From assembly GCF_009914755.1 (NCBI RefSeq), contig NC_060929.1: 64,000 nt of DNA; one strand, written 5' to 3'. Shown here one piece after another: positions 20,591 through 38,817 of this stretch. Within the stretch, counting starts at the first letter, position 1. The number at the start of each line of letters is the position of its first letter. The position numbers were made by a program, and so were the translations under genes. The DNA is from the human T2T-CHM13v2.0 reference genome, Homo sapiens. Under the pieces are notes generated by a model that made no database searches, was not told the DNA's origin, and was given only the letters and a program-made list of their open reading frames with translations.

Positions 20591-20999
20591 GTTATTTACA
20601 TGTTTGTATCTGTAAACTTGACTGAAAACTCTTTGTGGGTAAAAAATAGCTGTCTTTGTGTTTCTATTTTCGTCAAATTTCTGGCTCATTGCCTGGCATA
20701 TGCTTATTCAAGTGAATTTATAAGTGTAGCTGGCTTTGGAAAATATAGCAGGGAGTCTGGAAGAACTGAATAAGGGAGTGGGGCTAGTTAAGATTAACGA
20801 CCATTTATATGTTACTGCTGTGTAACTGGTTATGCATGATGTGAAAATAGATAAGGACAAAATGCTGTTCGTTTCTGTGGATGCAAGGAAGGTATTAAAT
20901 GACAGTAACTTAAAAGACCTGTGAAGGCGATAAAATGGGGGAAGGAATGTCTATAAAATCAGTGGAAAAGATTTGTTAGGTGGAAAAGAACCTAGATTT

Positions 21000-21640
21000 T
21001 GCCTGATTGAGAAAAATAATTCTTCATTTGATTTTGGAAAAGCCCTAGTGCAGTAAACTTGTGATATACGAAAAAAAGGGAAAGGAGAGTTGACTGACAT
21101 AGAGCTGAAGAGCAACTGATTCAAAGGTAATTCTGATTTTGGTAAAAATGATGAATTCTTCAGAAAAAATGAAGCTGGAGCCTTGCTTCCCATCATGTAT
21201 TAAAATAAATTCTTCAAATTTATAAAACTCTTAGACAACAATTTAACCTCAGGATAGGTAAGAACTTTCTAAGCCTAACCAAAAGAAGATCACAAAATGA
21301 AAAGACTAGCAATTTGTATGATAAAAATAAAAACTGTGTAAATCAAATTCATGGTAAGGCAAATTAAAAGTATGATAAGGCAAATCAAAAGACAAATTGG
21401 GGGAAGTATTTGTAGTATATATAATAAAGAGTTAATTTTCTTACATTAAAAAACTTTGCAAATTAGTAAGAGAGATTCCAAAAAACCTTAATGTCATAAA
21501 AACAAGAGACAACCAAAAGTGCTTTTAAAAATAAAAAGATTATTTTTGTTCAGTAGTCATAAATTATTTTTAAATAAGTTTAGCAAATTTATGTTGTAGT
21601 AGGATACTCAGTAAATTTGATTATGTTATGATGACATATT
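21000..21640 (+). mobile_element. Ancient L1M ORF2 3' remnant
   Basis: A-rich degenerate L1 text (aatgaagctggagccttgcttccc, gggaagtatttgtagtatatataa). Confidence 0.55.
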
Positions 21641-21649
21641 TGTAATTAA

Positions 21650-21963
<314 letters not shown>

Positions 21964-23593
21964 TAATTTTCTCTTAAGTTTATTTCTATTCATTTTGTAG
22001 ACAATTGAATGTTTAACAATAATTTGATTTTTATAAAAAATAGTCATCTCATGCCATTGATTCTAATTTTCTCAGGCAAACCATTTCATTTTTACTATTT
22101 TGTGTGCCAACACTCCCTTCTACAGCTTCAAATACTCTAGATACTGTTATCACCTGTTGTCATCATAATGAAATAAAAGTACAAGTGAGGGTTGTGTTGG
22201 TATTTCAGACAAGATCTGGTGTGTTGATGGTGGTATGGCCATAAACTGCGTTGGGATTTCAGAGTGGCTATCAGACAAACTTGTTCTGACTTTGTTTAAA
22301 TCTCTCTGACTCCACCAGTTACCTAGACAAGAAATATGCCTATCTATCATGAACCTCCAGACCTTAAGGGGTGATTATGTGATTGATTGGTGATCAGGGG
22401 CTTTCCATGACTCAGTAAAGAGACTGGTGTGCCATTTGGAAGTCTAAAATGATTCCTGGGTGATTAACTGATAAGTTCCTCATGGAGGCTGATTCACCAA
22501 TAAGCAGTATCACTCAATAACCAAAACATGGGCAAATGTTGCAGTAACCTGCTCTGTTGTGCCTCTCTGGTTCCAATTCCGTGTTTCATACTGATGCACA
22601 CTATATCAGCATACCACTTAAAAAATATGCTCCCAAGATTTCCAAATGTTCAAAACAGAAACTAATTTTCTTCACTGTAGCAGGTTCCTTATTGTAACAG
22701 CAGTTTATTCTTGGAAGGGATCCACACAAAGGTGGAAGTCAGGCAAAGTGACCAGAAAATTGAAGACGTTCAGAAAGAGGAGCCCCAGGAGTCTGGATGA
22801 GGCTGGATGATTCTGGATGAGGCTGCTGAGCTTGGACTTCTGCACCTCTGAGGATCTGCTTTGTCAGATTGCCCTCAGGGCTGACATGTGTCATCTGGAG
22901 TGTCCTACGGAAACAGCCAGCTAGAAAAGAGTCCCTAGGAAATGCCTGTTTAATAGTTAATGCTAGCAGTCAATCGGAAAAGTGGCTGAGAATGCAGAAC
23001 AGGGAATGTTAACTCCTGACTCCTTCTGAAGGACTCAGAACAGTGCTGGTGTCTGCTGGGGCCTTGGGTTCTGGTTGGTGGTGCTGATGCAAGACAAGGA
23101 AAAGAGAGAGGAAATAGTGATGGGGGGGAGGAATCCATCTAAGGGCTTTGGGCTTAGTAAAGAATTTATTACCATGGTGTGTGAATCTCAAGATGGAGAG
23201 ATGGATAAATGTTTGGAGACCCTGACCAAATTTGCATGGAATTGCTCAGCACTTCCTCTCCACTATGTGAATCATATTTTGTGGGAAATAAGTGATGGTG
23301 GAGGCACAGAAGAAAAAAGTCTCCTTTTCCCCAACATTGGGCTGTGGAAAAGGCAGAGCCAGCTGTGTGATGCTCTCCTGGGGAATTTGAGATTTTAGAA
23401 AGTTATTGTCTGTTTGACTTTCTTCATAGCTTCCATCCATCTGTCCCCATCCATTTCCTTCATATTTTCTTCATTCTCTTTAATATAAAATCCTTATTTT
23501 CTACCTTATCTATGAAAGCCTTAACAACATTACAACATTTAAGCCTATGAATGGCAACATAGGTCTTCAAAGCTTGAAGGTCAATCACAGCTG

Positions 23594-23728
23594 AATAATG
23601 TGTCTTGTTTGGTTAAGGTTACTTGCACTTTTTAATAGATTTCATGAAGGTGATAGTACAGCTATAAGTGATTATGTGCGTGAATGTGTAATTTGCATAG
23701 GTAATTGCTGGTTATTATTGAGTCCAGA
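23594..23728 (+). repeat. 135-bp dispersed direct duplication, copy 2
   Basis: Matches 18235-18369 at an offset of 5359 bp. Confidence 0.93.
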
Positions 23729-24859
23729 GGTGCTTCATAATTTCATTAATCATGGGAGAAATGTTTATTGAAACAGGTGTGCTGAGGCCTGTGAGAATTG
23801 CAGAAGTGAAATGAATCCTGTTTTGTGGCCTCAGGTGCTCTCAGGGGGATAGATACACAAAGAGCTCTAGGAAATGGTGAGTGGCAGCAAAAGAGGTAGC
23901 AAATGAACTGCTCTGGGAGGATGAGGAAAGGATGTGGCTGTGGACCAGGGTAGGCTTCATGGAAGAATTGGGGAATGACTTGGGCTTGTGGACTGGAAAC
24001 ATGAGGAGTGGCCTCTTGTGATAGATCATCTTTTGTTAGGAAGCACCTTCCCTTTATGGCATGGAGTAGAATCTAGACTCAAAAGCCATAGTAAATGCCC
24101 TTTTATCCAGGATTCAGATCAAAAAACAAAAAAGCAAACAAGAACCTCAAATGCTTTCTTCACCTTCCCATCATTTAATCATGCAAGTCATGTTCATAAT
24201 ATGTGACCTTGAGGCCTAACAAGATCCTACAGGGCTTTCAGAATCAAAGGAAGATTAAAACATGTTAAAACAGTTTGCCAGGATAATGTAATCTTCTGAT
24301 TTATTGGCAATTAGCCATGGTTGAATATGAGGTAAGTATATGAATGAAAATCTTCCCAAACATTCTTGATAAATGGACTTTATTATAATAGTGCCAGAAT
24401 AAATTCTAAATATCAGGAGTTTTCTGCTTCAAACGGTTGTGCCTCTCCAAGTTTGATTCCAGGAAAAACTGAAAGGAAGTTTGTTTTCATCCTCTTTCTC
24501 CCTCATTGTCATTCATTTAAGAAACATCTGTCCGGTGCTAAGGGGTAGGTATTACAAAGGCAAATAAGACAAAATCCTTTTTTGAAAGAAGTGTGTTATC
24601 TATTGAGAAAAAGTGGATATGAAAGCAAATATCTATCTACAAGCTATATTCAGCCTACAAAATTCAGTGAGAATAAAGGGAAATGAAAAAACTTGAAAAA
24701 TATTAAAGATTAGGCTAATTTTGTTGTTGTTTTTGCAGCTTTAAACACAAAGGACTTCAGATCATGTTTACAACAGTGGTAGGTAAAATTCTGACACAAA
24801 TTGAGAGTCCCTAAAGTAGGGATGTGTCCCCAACTCACAGTTAATCCTGTAACTTCCCC

Positions 24860-24977
24860 TCTCCTATAGTGGAAGGCACCTCAGTAGCCACTTCATACAT
24901 GACATGATTGGACCAGGAGAGGGCGTCAGACTCAGGCTGAGCCAATCAGTCCTTTCCTTAGAAAGGAGACCTGAGAG
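24860..24977 (+). mobile_element. Ancient LTR16-like ERVL LTR, left part (split by L1; remainder about 31058-31272)
   Basis: gattggaccagg...gactcaggctgagccaatcag motif; LTR-type end taagctagctggagttagctttggttacttc after the L1. Confidence 0.55.
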
Positions 24978-25875
24978 AGGGGGGAGCCAAGATGGCCGAA
25001 TAGGAACAGCTCCGGTCTACAGCTCCCAGCGTGACCGACGCAGAAGACGGGTGATTTCTGCATTTCCATCTGAGGTACCGGGTTCATCTCACTAGGGAGT
25101 GCCAGACAGTGGGCGCAGGCCAGTGTGTGTGCGCACCATGCGCGAGCCGAAGCAGGGCGAGGCATTGCCTCACCTGGGAAGCGCAAGGGGTCAGGGAGTT
25201 CCCTTTCCGAGTCAAAGAAAGGGGTGACGGACGCACCTGGAAAATCGGGTCACTCCCACCCGAATATTGCGCTTTTCAGACCGGCTTAAGAAACGGCGCA
25301 CCACGAGACTATATCCCACACCTGGCTCAGAGGGTCCTACGCCCACGGAATCTCGCTGATTGCTAGCACAGCAGTCTGAGATCAAACTGCAAGGCGGCAA
25401 CGAGGCTGGGGGAGGGGCGCCCGCCATTGGCCAGGCTTGATTAGGTAAACAAAGCAGCCGGGAAGCTCCAACTGGGTGGAGCCCACCACAGCTCAAGAAG
25501 GCCTGCCTGCCTCTGTAGGCTCCACCTCTGGGGGCAGGGCACAGACAAACAAAAAGACAGCAGTAACCTCTGCAGACTTAAGTGTCCCTGTCTGACAGCT
25601 TTGAAGAGAGCAGTGGCTCTCCCAGCGCGCAGCTGGAGATCTGAGAATGGGCAGACTGCCTCCTCAAGTGGGTCCCTGGCCCGCGAGTAGCCTAACTGGG
25701 AGGCACCCCCCAGCAGGGGCACACTGACACCTCACACGGCAGGGTATTCCAACAGACCTGCAGCTGAGGGTCCTGTCTGTTAGAAGGAAAACTAACAACC
25801 AGAAAGGACATCTACACCGAAAACCCATCTGTACATCACCATCATCAAAGACCAAAAGTAGATAAAACCACAAAG
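24978..25875 (+). promoter_or_regulatory. L1 5'UTR sense/antisense promoter, CpG-rich, YY1 site at 24988-24997
   Basis: caagatggcc intact; many CpGs retained compared with the CpG-poor flanks. Confidence 0.8.
25212..25427 (-). CDS. L1 ORF0 (71 aa), open
   Basis: MAGAPPPASLPPCSLISDCC...RCVRHPFL within track ORF 25212-25496; ATG at 25427. Confidence 0.75.
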   Translation of the reverse strand: MAGAPPPASLPPCSLISDCCASNQRDSVGVGPSEPGVGYSLVVRRFLSRSEKRNIRVGVTRFSRCVRHPFL

Positions 25876-26891
25876 ATGGGGAAAAAACAGAACAGAAAAA
25901 CTGGAAACTCTAAAACGCAGAGCGCCTCTCCTCCTCCAAAGGAATGCAGTTCCTCACCAGCAACAGAAAAAAGCTGGATGGAGAATGATTTTGACGAGCT
26001 GAGAGAAGAAGGCTTCAGACGATCAAATTACTCTGAGCTACGGGAGGACATTCAAACCAAAGGCAAAGAAGTTGAAAACTTTGAAAAAAATTTAGAAGAA
26101 TGTATAACTAGAATAACCAATACAGAAAAGTGCTTAAAGGAGCTGATGGAGCTGAAAACCAAGGCTCGAGAACTACATGAAGAATGCAGAAGCCTCAGGA
26201 GCCGATGCGATCAACTGGAAGAAAGGGTATCAGCAATGGAAGATGAAATGAATGAAATGAAGCGAGAAGGGAAGTTTAGAGAAAAAAGAATAAAAAGAAA
26301 TGAGCAAAGCCTCCAAGAAATATGGGACTATGTGAAAAGACCAAATCTACGTCTGATTGGTGTACCTGAAAGTGATGTGGAGAATGGAACCAAGTTGGAA
26401 AACACTCTGCAGGATATTATCCAGGAGAACTTCCCCAATCTAGCAAGGCAGGCCAACGTTCAGATTCAGGAAATACAGAGAACGCCACAAAGATACTCCT
26501 CGAGAAGAGCAACTCCAAGACACATAATTGTCAGATTCACCAAAGTTGAAATGAGGAAAAAATGTTAAGGGCAGCCAGAGAGAAAGGTCGGGTTACCCTC
26601 AAAGGAAAGCCCATCAGACTAACAGCGGATCTCTCGGCAGAAACCCTACAAGCCAGAAGAGAGTGGGGGCCAATATTCAACATTCTTAAAGAAAAGAATT
26701 TTCAACCCAGAATTTCATATCCAGCCAAACTAAGCTTCATAAGTGAAGGAGAAATAAAATACTTTATAGACAAGCAAATGCTGAGAGATTTTGTCACCAC
26801 CAGGCCTGCCCTAAAAGAGCTCCTGAAGGAAGCGCTAAACATGGAAAGGAACAACCGGTACCAGCCGCTGCAAAATCATGCCAAAATGTAA
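25876..26891 (+). pseudogene. L1 ORF1p, frameshifted
   Basis: 1-bp deletion near 26554 (gaaatgaggaaaaaatg vs gaaatgaaggaaaaaatg) splits it into 230-aa and 109-aa pieces. Confidence 0.95.
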
Positions 26892-26954
26892 AGACCATCG
26901 AGACTAGGAAGAAACTGCATCAACTAACGAGCAAAATCACCAGCTAACATCATA

Positions 26955-30769
<3,815 letters not shown>

Positions 30770-32907
30770 ACAATGAGATCACATGGACACAGGAAGGGGA
30801 ATATCACACTCTGGGGACTGTGGTGGGGTCGGGGGAGGGGGGAGGGATAGCATTGGGAGATATACCTAATGCTAGATGACGCGTTAGTGGGTGCAGCGCA
30901 CCAGCATGGCACATGTATACATATGTAACTAACCTGCACAATGTGCACATGTACCCTAAAACTTAGAGTATAATAAAAAAAAAAATTTAAAAAAAAAAAA
31001 AAAGAAGCATAATTCAAAAAAAAAAAAAAAAAAAAAAAAAGAAAGGAGACCTGAGAGCTATCAGGAAAACACCTGAAGCCTGCTGGGCCAAGAGCATGGC
31101 AGCTGTTAACAGGGGAGAGAGAAGCAGAGGAATATAGCGAGAGAGAAAGATGGAAGCAGGGATACTTTCCTCCCCTTAGGCGTGAGAGACTCATGACCCC
31201 TTATAATCAACTTTCTTATTAAGCTAGCTGGAGTTAGCTTTGGTTACTTCCTGCTAAGACTTGTAACTAATGGAGTCTCACATTGCTCTTTTTTCCCTTT
31301 TGCTATCACTATGCCTGGTCTTGTGCTTCCTTCTGGGTTGTCTAAAAGGCCTGACTGAGCCTCTTAACCAGGCTGGGTCATTTCCCAGCTCCCTCGCCCT
31401 GACCACTGTCCCTGTCAAAACTTTCCTAACGTAGCCTCAATCCTCCTGAAGCTCCCTCTGCCAGTTTCCTTTTTTTCCCATTGCTACCAGGTCTTGAGTA
31501 TTGACATGTTCCAGGCATAGTTTACTTATGTGCACTGTCATTCACAAAGCACTGGGAAGTAGGCATTTTTATCCCATTTTACATGCGACCCAGGTAACAC
31601 CTGGGGTCTCCTGGTCCCTAGAGATTTAGCTAAAACCAAAGCAAAGTTCCATCTATGGCTTGAGGATGTGGAAAGCTTTCCCCAGATCTGTGAATTTCCA
31701 GAGCCCTTATGTTCTTAGGGTCATTCCTGGCTCTGATTTGCTGCTTCCACTTCATTATCGTTCTCTGTTCTGGTGCCCATTCTTTTATTTCCTCCCTGGT
31801 GACCACCCAACCTTGGTATCTAGCATATTCGCCTTTAATTTTCCCCAGCCGTGACAACCTCAGAAGCATCCAAAAAGAACTGTGCATAAAGAACTAACTT
31901 TTAGTGAGGGTTGTGGTTTGTGGGGGACAGGTCACATTGTGTACTATAAACAAATTGAAATTGCACATTAGATATTACTGTTTCTAAAAGTCCTTTAAAC
32001 TTCCCTGCCACCATGGACTCTCAGTGGCCACTTCATTCTATGCCACACAAGCCCTCTGCCCTGCCATCGGCTCCAATCTCTTCTTTCTGTTCTCATCTTT
32101 CCTCCATGGCTGGCCAAATAAAAGGGCGTTTTATGTCAGAGCAACTGCCCTCAGAAAGCTTTTCTGATTAGAAATGACAATTCTCTCTGTTTTCTTTATA
32201 CCACAGGGAAGCCGAGGCTCAAAGTACTGTTATGAATTGACCAAGCTTGGTTCCACAGAGCAAGTAGATTTCTCCTATAGGATTTTAATCCAGGACCATC
32301 TGGTCTTAAAGCATGTGTATTGATTTATTATACTCTATTGCTTCTTATCTAATAAAGAAATGGTGCTAAGAAGTTAATAGTGGTCAGGATGATCTGGGTT
32401 TCATCAAGAATCAATACTTTAAAAAGTCATTAAAAATAAAAGCAACAAATGCACATTTTCAAACATTTAAAAGTGAAGAACAGTATGAAAATGAAAATTG
32501 AGTCTTTTTCTCTCCCAGCCTCCTACCCTAACTCCCAGTCCTTTTTATCAAGTTACTTTTGTTTACTGCCTGGAAGTTATAACATTTTTGTGGTCACTAT
32601 ATCTTTTCCTTGATGGCTTCTGGGAGAATTTGTTTTTCAACCTAAAGGATTACCTAATGGAGGCATTTAAAGCTATAGTAATATGTTGTTGGGTTGGTGG
32701 CAAGGTACCGACATACTTCTTTTTATTGTGCATTGCTGATACTGCATTTTTTACATATTGAAGGTTTGTGGCAACCTTGAGTACAGCAAGTTTGTCAGTG
32801 CGATTTTTCCAATAGCATGCACTCACTTTGTGTCTCTGTGTCACATTTTGGTAATTCTCACAACAGTTCAAACTTGTTCATTATTATTACTGTGTCTCGT
32901 GTAATGA

Positions 32908-33209
32908 CTTTTTTTTCTTTTTTTTTTGGAGACAGGATCTTGTTCTGTCACTTAGGCTGGAGTGCAGTGGTGTGATCTTGGCTCACTGCAACTCGGCCTC
33001 CTGGGCTCAAGTGATCCTCCCTTCTCAGCCTACCAAGTAGCTGGGACTACAGGCGTGTACCACCATGGACACCTACTTTTTTTTTTTTGGGTAGAGATGG
33101 AGTTTCACCATATTCCCTAGGCTGGTCTCAAACTCCTGGGCTCAAGCAATTTTCCCATCTGAGCCTCCCAAAGTGCTGGAATTACAGGTGTGAGCCACCA
33201 AACCTAGCC
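32908..33209 (-). mobile_element. AluJ SINE inside Tigger1
   Basis: ctcctgggctcaagtgatcctccc and ctcctgggctcaagcaat (J-type). Confidence 0.9.
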
Positions 33210-33690
33210 AGTGATCTTTGATGTTACTATTGTAATGATTTTGGGATGCCATGAACTGATCTTTGATGTTACTATTGTAATTATTTTGGGACACCACAAA
33301 CTGAGCACGAGCCCAGATAAGACAGCAAACTGTTACGTGTGTTCTGATGGCTTCACGAGCTGGCCGTTCCCCCATATCTCTCCCTCTCCTTTGGCCTCCC
33401 TATTTCCTCCTATTTCCTGGGACACAATAATATTGACATTAGGTCAAGTAATAACCCTACAATGACTTCTTAAGTGTTCAAGTGAAAGGAAGAATTGCAC
33501 ATTCTTATTTTAAATCAAAAGCTAGAAATGATTAAGCTTAGTGAAGAAAGCTGAGAAAGATGAGATAGGCTGAAAGCTAGGCCTCTTGCCTCAAACACTT
33601 AGCCAACTTGTTGAATTCTAAAGTTCTTGAAGAAAATTAAAAGTGCTACTCCAGTGAGCACATGAATGATAAGAAAGCAACAGAGCTTAA

Positions 33691-34162
<472 letters not shown>

Positions 34163-36654
34163 AGTTCATGAGGTTTAAGTAAAGCCATCTCCATAATCTA
34201 AAAGTACAACATGAAACAGTTAGTGCTAATGTAGAAACTGCAGCAAGTTATCCAGAAGATCTAGTTAAGATCTTTGATATAGGTGGCTACACTAAATGGA
34301 TTTTCAGTGGAGACAAAACAGCCTCATATTAAAAGAAGATGTCATTTAGGACTTTCATAGCTAGAGAGGAGAAGTCAATGACTGGCTTCAAAGCCTCAAA
34401 GAACAGTCTGACTGCTTGTTTTTGGCTAACATAGCTGGTGACTTTAAGTTGAAGCCACTGCTCATTTATTCTTTTGTAAATCCCAGGGCCCATAGGAATT
34501 GTGCTAAATCTACTCTTCCTGTGACCTTTAAAAGGAACAACAAAGCCTGGATAACAGCACATCTATTTATGGCATGGTTTACTGAATAGTTTAAGCTCGC
34601 TGTTGTGACCTACTGCTCAGAAAATAATTCCTTCCCAAATATTACTGCTTATTGACAATGCACCTGGTCACTCAAGAGCTCTGGTAGAGATGTACAAGGA
34701 GATTAACGTTTTTTTCATGCCTATGAATACCACATCTATTCTGTAGCCCATAGATCAAGTAGTAATTTCAACTGTCAAATATTATTGCATAAGAAATACA
34801 TTTCAGAAATTTTTAGCTGCCATAGATAGTAATTCCTCTGATAGATATAGGCAAAGTAAATGGAAAACCTTCTAGAAAGAATTCACCATTCTAAATACCA
34901 TTAAGAAAATTTGTGATTCACAGGAAGAGGTAAAAATATGAACATTAACAGGAATTTGGAAAAAGCTGATTTCAACCCTTATGGATGATTTGAAGGGTTT
35001 AAAACTGAGAGGAAGTAATTGCAGATGTGGTAGAAACAGCAAGATAACTAGAATTAGAAGTAGAGCCTTAAGATGTAACTGAATTGCTGCAATCTCATGA
35101 TAAAATCTGAACGGATGAGGAGTTGCTTCTTATGGATGAGCAAAGAAAGTGGTTTATTGACATGGAATCTATTCCTGATGAAGATGCTGTGAACATGGTT
35201 GAAATGATAAGAAAGAATTTAGAATATTTTCTAAACTTAGTTGATAAAACACGCAGGGTTTGAGAGGATTGACTCCAAATTCTACTGTGGGTCAAATTCT
35301 ATTAAACAATATCACATGCTACAGATAAATAATCTTTCATGAAAGGAAGAATCAATTGATGTGGCAAACTCCATTGTTGTCTTATTTTAAGAAATTGCCA
35401 CAGCCACCCAACCTTCAGCAACTACCACCCCATTCAGTTAGTAGCTACCCACATTGAGGCAAGACCCTCCACCAGCAAAAAAATGGACTCACTGAAGGCT
35501 CAGACGATCATTAGGATTTTTTAGCAATACAATGTTTTTAAATTAAGACATGTACATTGCTTTTTAGACATAATGCTATTGTACACTTAACAGACTACAG
35601 TATAGTTTAAACATAACTTTTATATGCACCAGAAAACCAAAAAATTTCATTATTGCAGTGATCCAGAGATGATCTTGCAATATTGCTGAGGTATGTTTCT
35701 ATATGGAATCACTTGATGGAAACGGTAAGAGTTGACATTTACTTGAACTCCTCACCAATAACTTTCAACCCCTTCCCAAAGGCCACCATTGCCATGAATT
35801 GCATTTTATATGGTTTGTAGATAAACACATATGTGTACAAAAAAAACATGTCCTTGAAAAAAATATATATCACATGCCTGATGGTTCATGATACGGTTTT
35901 AGAATTGAATCCTAGCAGGGTTTTTCCTCTCTGAGTTTACATTCTTCATTTAAATAAAGGGGATGATAATAGTTACATAAGGCTATAGTGAGCATTAAAA
36001 GACACCATGGCTCTGATGTGGTCTCTGTGTCAAAACCTGGTCTTTAATGGACACTTAATTCCAGGAGATCCCAGGGCACAATTTAATAAGCTCCTTAACT
36101 ACTGTGTGTGTCACAGGGTGCAGTTTCCATCCCTTACACAGCCTTGATTTTCCGTACCCTAAGTTTCACCTAGGACAGATACCCAATCTCATATCTCGAG
36201 ACTGAGATTTCCTGTGGTTGTGTCTATAGCCCCTTAGATCTGGTTCCAGATGTTATGCTAGTTAGGTCCTTAGTTGCAAATAAGAGAAGCTGACATTGGT
36301 TAAATTAATCAAAAAGGATACCAAAAAAAGATAGCTGGAGTACCAGGTCCAGATAGAAACCTCAGAAGGCCAGGTCAGCTGGGTCACCCTGCTATGCTGC
36401 TAGTTACTATGTGCTAGCTACTGTTAGACCTCTGGACTGTCACAAGATTTAAAGGCCCAAGTTGGGAGCCTCTGATTGGCTGCACTTAGGTCCTTTGCAT
36501 ATGATCCAGCTTCCAGAAGCCAGAGAGAGGAAAATACGTTTGCCACACATGCTTTGGGGTGTAGAGCTTGTGGTTTAGCACATGGGGGTGCTATGGGGGT
36601 GATTTAGCATTGCTTTGTCTGGAATCTTAAATAGGTTAGGGTCTGGATCAGGAT

Positions 36655-36925
36655 TTTTTTTTTTTTAATTTCAGCATTGAGTTATAATTTACAAGCAGTG
36701 AATTACTCAGATCTTTAGTGTGTTGTACAATCAGTTTCAATAAATGCAAATGCACATTTTAGCCACTCCCGTATCAAGTCATGAAGCATTTCTGTCATGC
36801 CAACCAGTTCTCTCATGCCCATTCTCAGTCAATCCTCATTCCCAGATGCTACCATAGATACGATTTCTATTACCATGTTATAGAATTTCATATGCAATGT
36901 AGCATTCAGGACACACTTTTGTTGT
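36655..36925 (-). mobile_element. Old L1M (L1MC/ME-like) 3' end fragment
   Basis: T-tail followed by ttgagttataatttaca...tagaatttcatatgcaatg. Confidence 0.6.
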
Positions 36926-38817
36926 TCTTTGGACCAGTTTTTAAAGCCATTATTGACTCATGGCTTCTTCACACAAAGTAGTGTGAATTCAGCCCCACCC
37001 ACAGGGGAGTACAGACTTTCAGTGCTGATTTTCTGATGGTGACTCCTGTCCAGCTGCAAACCAGGCAAGTGAGGAGCTTTCGTGTTGTTTGCCTGGGCCT
37101 CATTTTGTTTTTCTCAAGTCCCTCATTCCCTGGCAGGACAAGTCTTTATTGGCTCCTAGAGTTATATAAGGGGTCAAGTCCTTGACCTGGGACCATTTTT
37201 CCATCAATATAACTTTAATTAACTCACAATTTTTAGTTCTAAATTATCTTTTTGTTTCTGGCACACTTGGAGATTATGGTTTTTTTTTTTTTTCTTTTGA
37301 GTCCAGTTTTATATTTAGAAATAATGTTCTTACAGTTAAGCATATCTATGTGCTTATTCTAGGAGTACTCAGTCTTCTGTCTCATCCAGGAGTCCTAGTT
37401 TGCTGCTTTTGGCACTGAGGCACTCACTGAAGGAAACTGTGCTCTGATAAGTTGCCGTTTGTTCTGATAATCTGTACAGAGTTTCCAATAAACAACCAAA
37501 ACCCACAAATGTGATTTTATTTTCTCTAATTTTCTTAAAGTGCCAGTGTAGCAGGGGTGCCCTTTATGCCTGTGAGTCTAAATTGTGCTCATGTTGCGAT
37601 TCAGATAATTTTTGGGCATGCCAAATTTGATGCTGAGAGGATGAAGTTGTTATTGATCTTTTTGCATAAATGCTCATCTTATGGCAAGACAGCAGAGGAA
37701 TTCAAGTTTGGGTCAAGGACAACAGGCCAGCATCACAGGGACTGGGCAACACTGAGTAGGGCATCATTCATAGTGTCTTCCCTGGGCAGAGCAAAACCAG
37801 GGAGGGAGTGAAATTAGAAAGAGCTGCTTAGGAGAAATTGCTGTAAGAAGTTAGGTCCACAAGGAAACACAGTTTTGGGGCACATGTGGCAGAATGTACC
37901 ACATATGCGAAGAGGATAGCTGCTTTCTGCTTCATAAAGAGCTCAGCTCAGCAGGGTGGGTCACATTGCAGGCTTCAGTGCAGCAGCCTCTGCATCTTCC
38001 TGCCAGCCTCCTCAGTAGCCTCACCAGGGGACAGCATGGGCACGGGCTTCTTGCTGAGGCACCAGAGGGGTGAGAAAAGAAATGTGGCTGGTATTGTGAT
38101 CTCGAACTCAGATGGTGAAAAGAGAGGCAGCAGGAGAGAGAAGGATCCTGAATGCTCTAGACCTTGTTAGAATTTGTCCACACAAAGGAACTAAACTGTT
38201 CAATCTGCTTGTTCAATCTGCTCTCAATGAGCTTCATAGAATATTTTTTATTTTCCCTCTTAAACTTACTTTCTAAATATTTTGACCTATGTATTATTAT
38301 CATGCTTTCCCACCTAAAAATAAGGTTTTCCTATTACCTTGATCTGCCAAGCTTTCCAATAAACCCTCTTTACAAGTTAGCATATCACCATAGAGTTACA
38401 TGGCTCAAGATATATGGGTAGGTACCATGATGTAGGCAGAAACATTTATGAAGTGAATACAAGTTTTATTAAAGCAAACTCAGTGCTTAGGAAATGTGAA
38501 AATGTGCTTTATAGTGGAAGAGATTGATGTTTAATACAGAGTATGTTTCTAATGAAATCACACCTTATGTATGAGGTTTTCCAATGAGTATTTTAAAAAT
38601 GTGGCAGGATGTATTTAAAATTGATGTAATGAATATTCTGTCTATTTGTAAAGTTTCTAGAGAAAATATTTACTTGGGATGAGAACATGTGATGGAGGTA
38701 GAATAGTGATGATCATGATCTGGCTGGGGTGAACATTCATCTCTGACAATGACCTTGAGAGTCAGTCCAGAAAAGACATGACTATCTTCATATTGAAAAT
38801 TTTGGGGGCTTGGTCTC

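Noticed and set aside
24240-24337. Strong donor-like GAG|GTAAGT at 24331 with upstream AG sites
   Set aside because: The candidate exons contain stops and nothing else supports them; such motifs occur by chance
30812-30846. G-quadruplex-like G runs
   Set aside because: Standard L1PA 3'UTR G-rich tract, already well described
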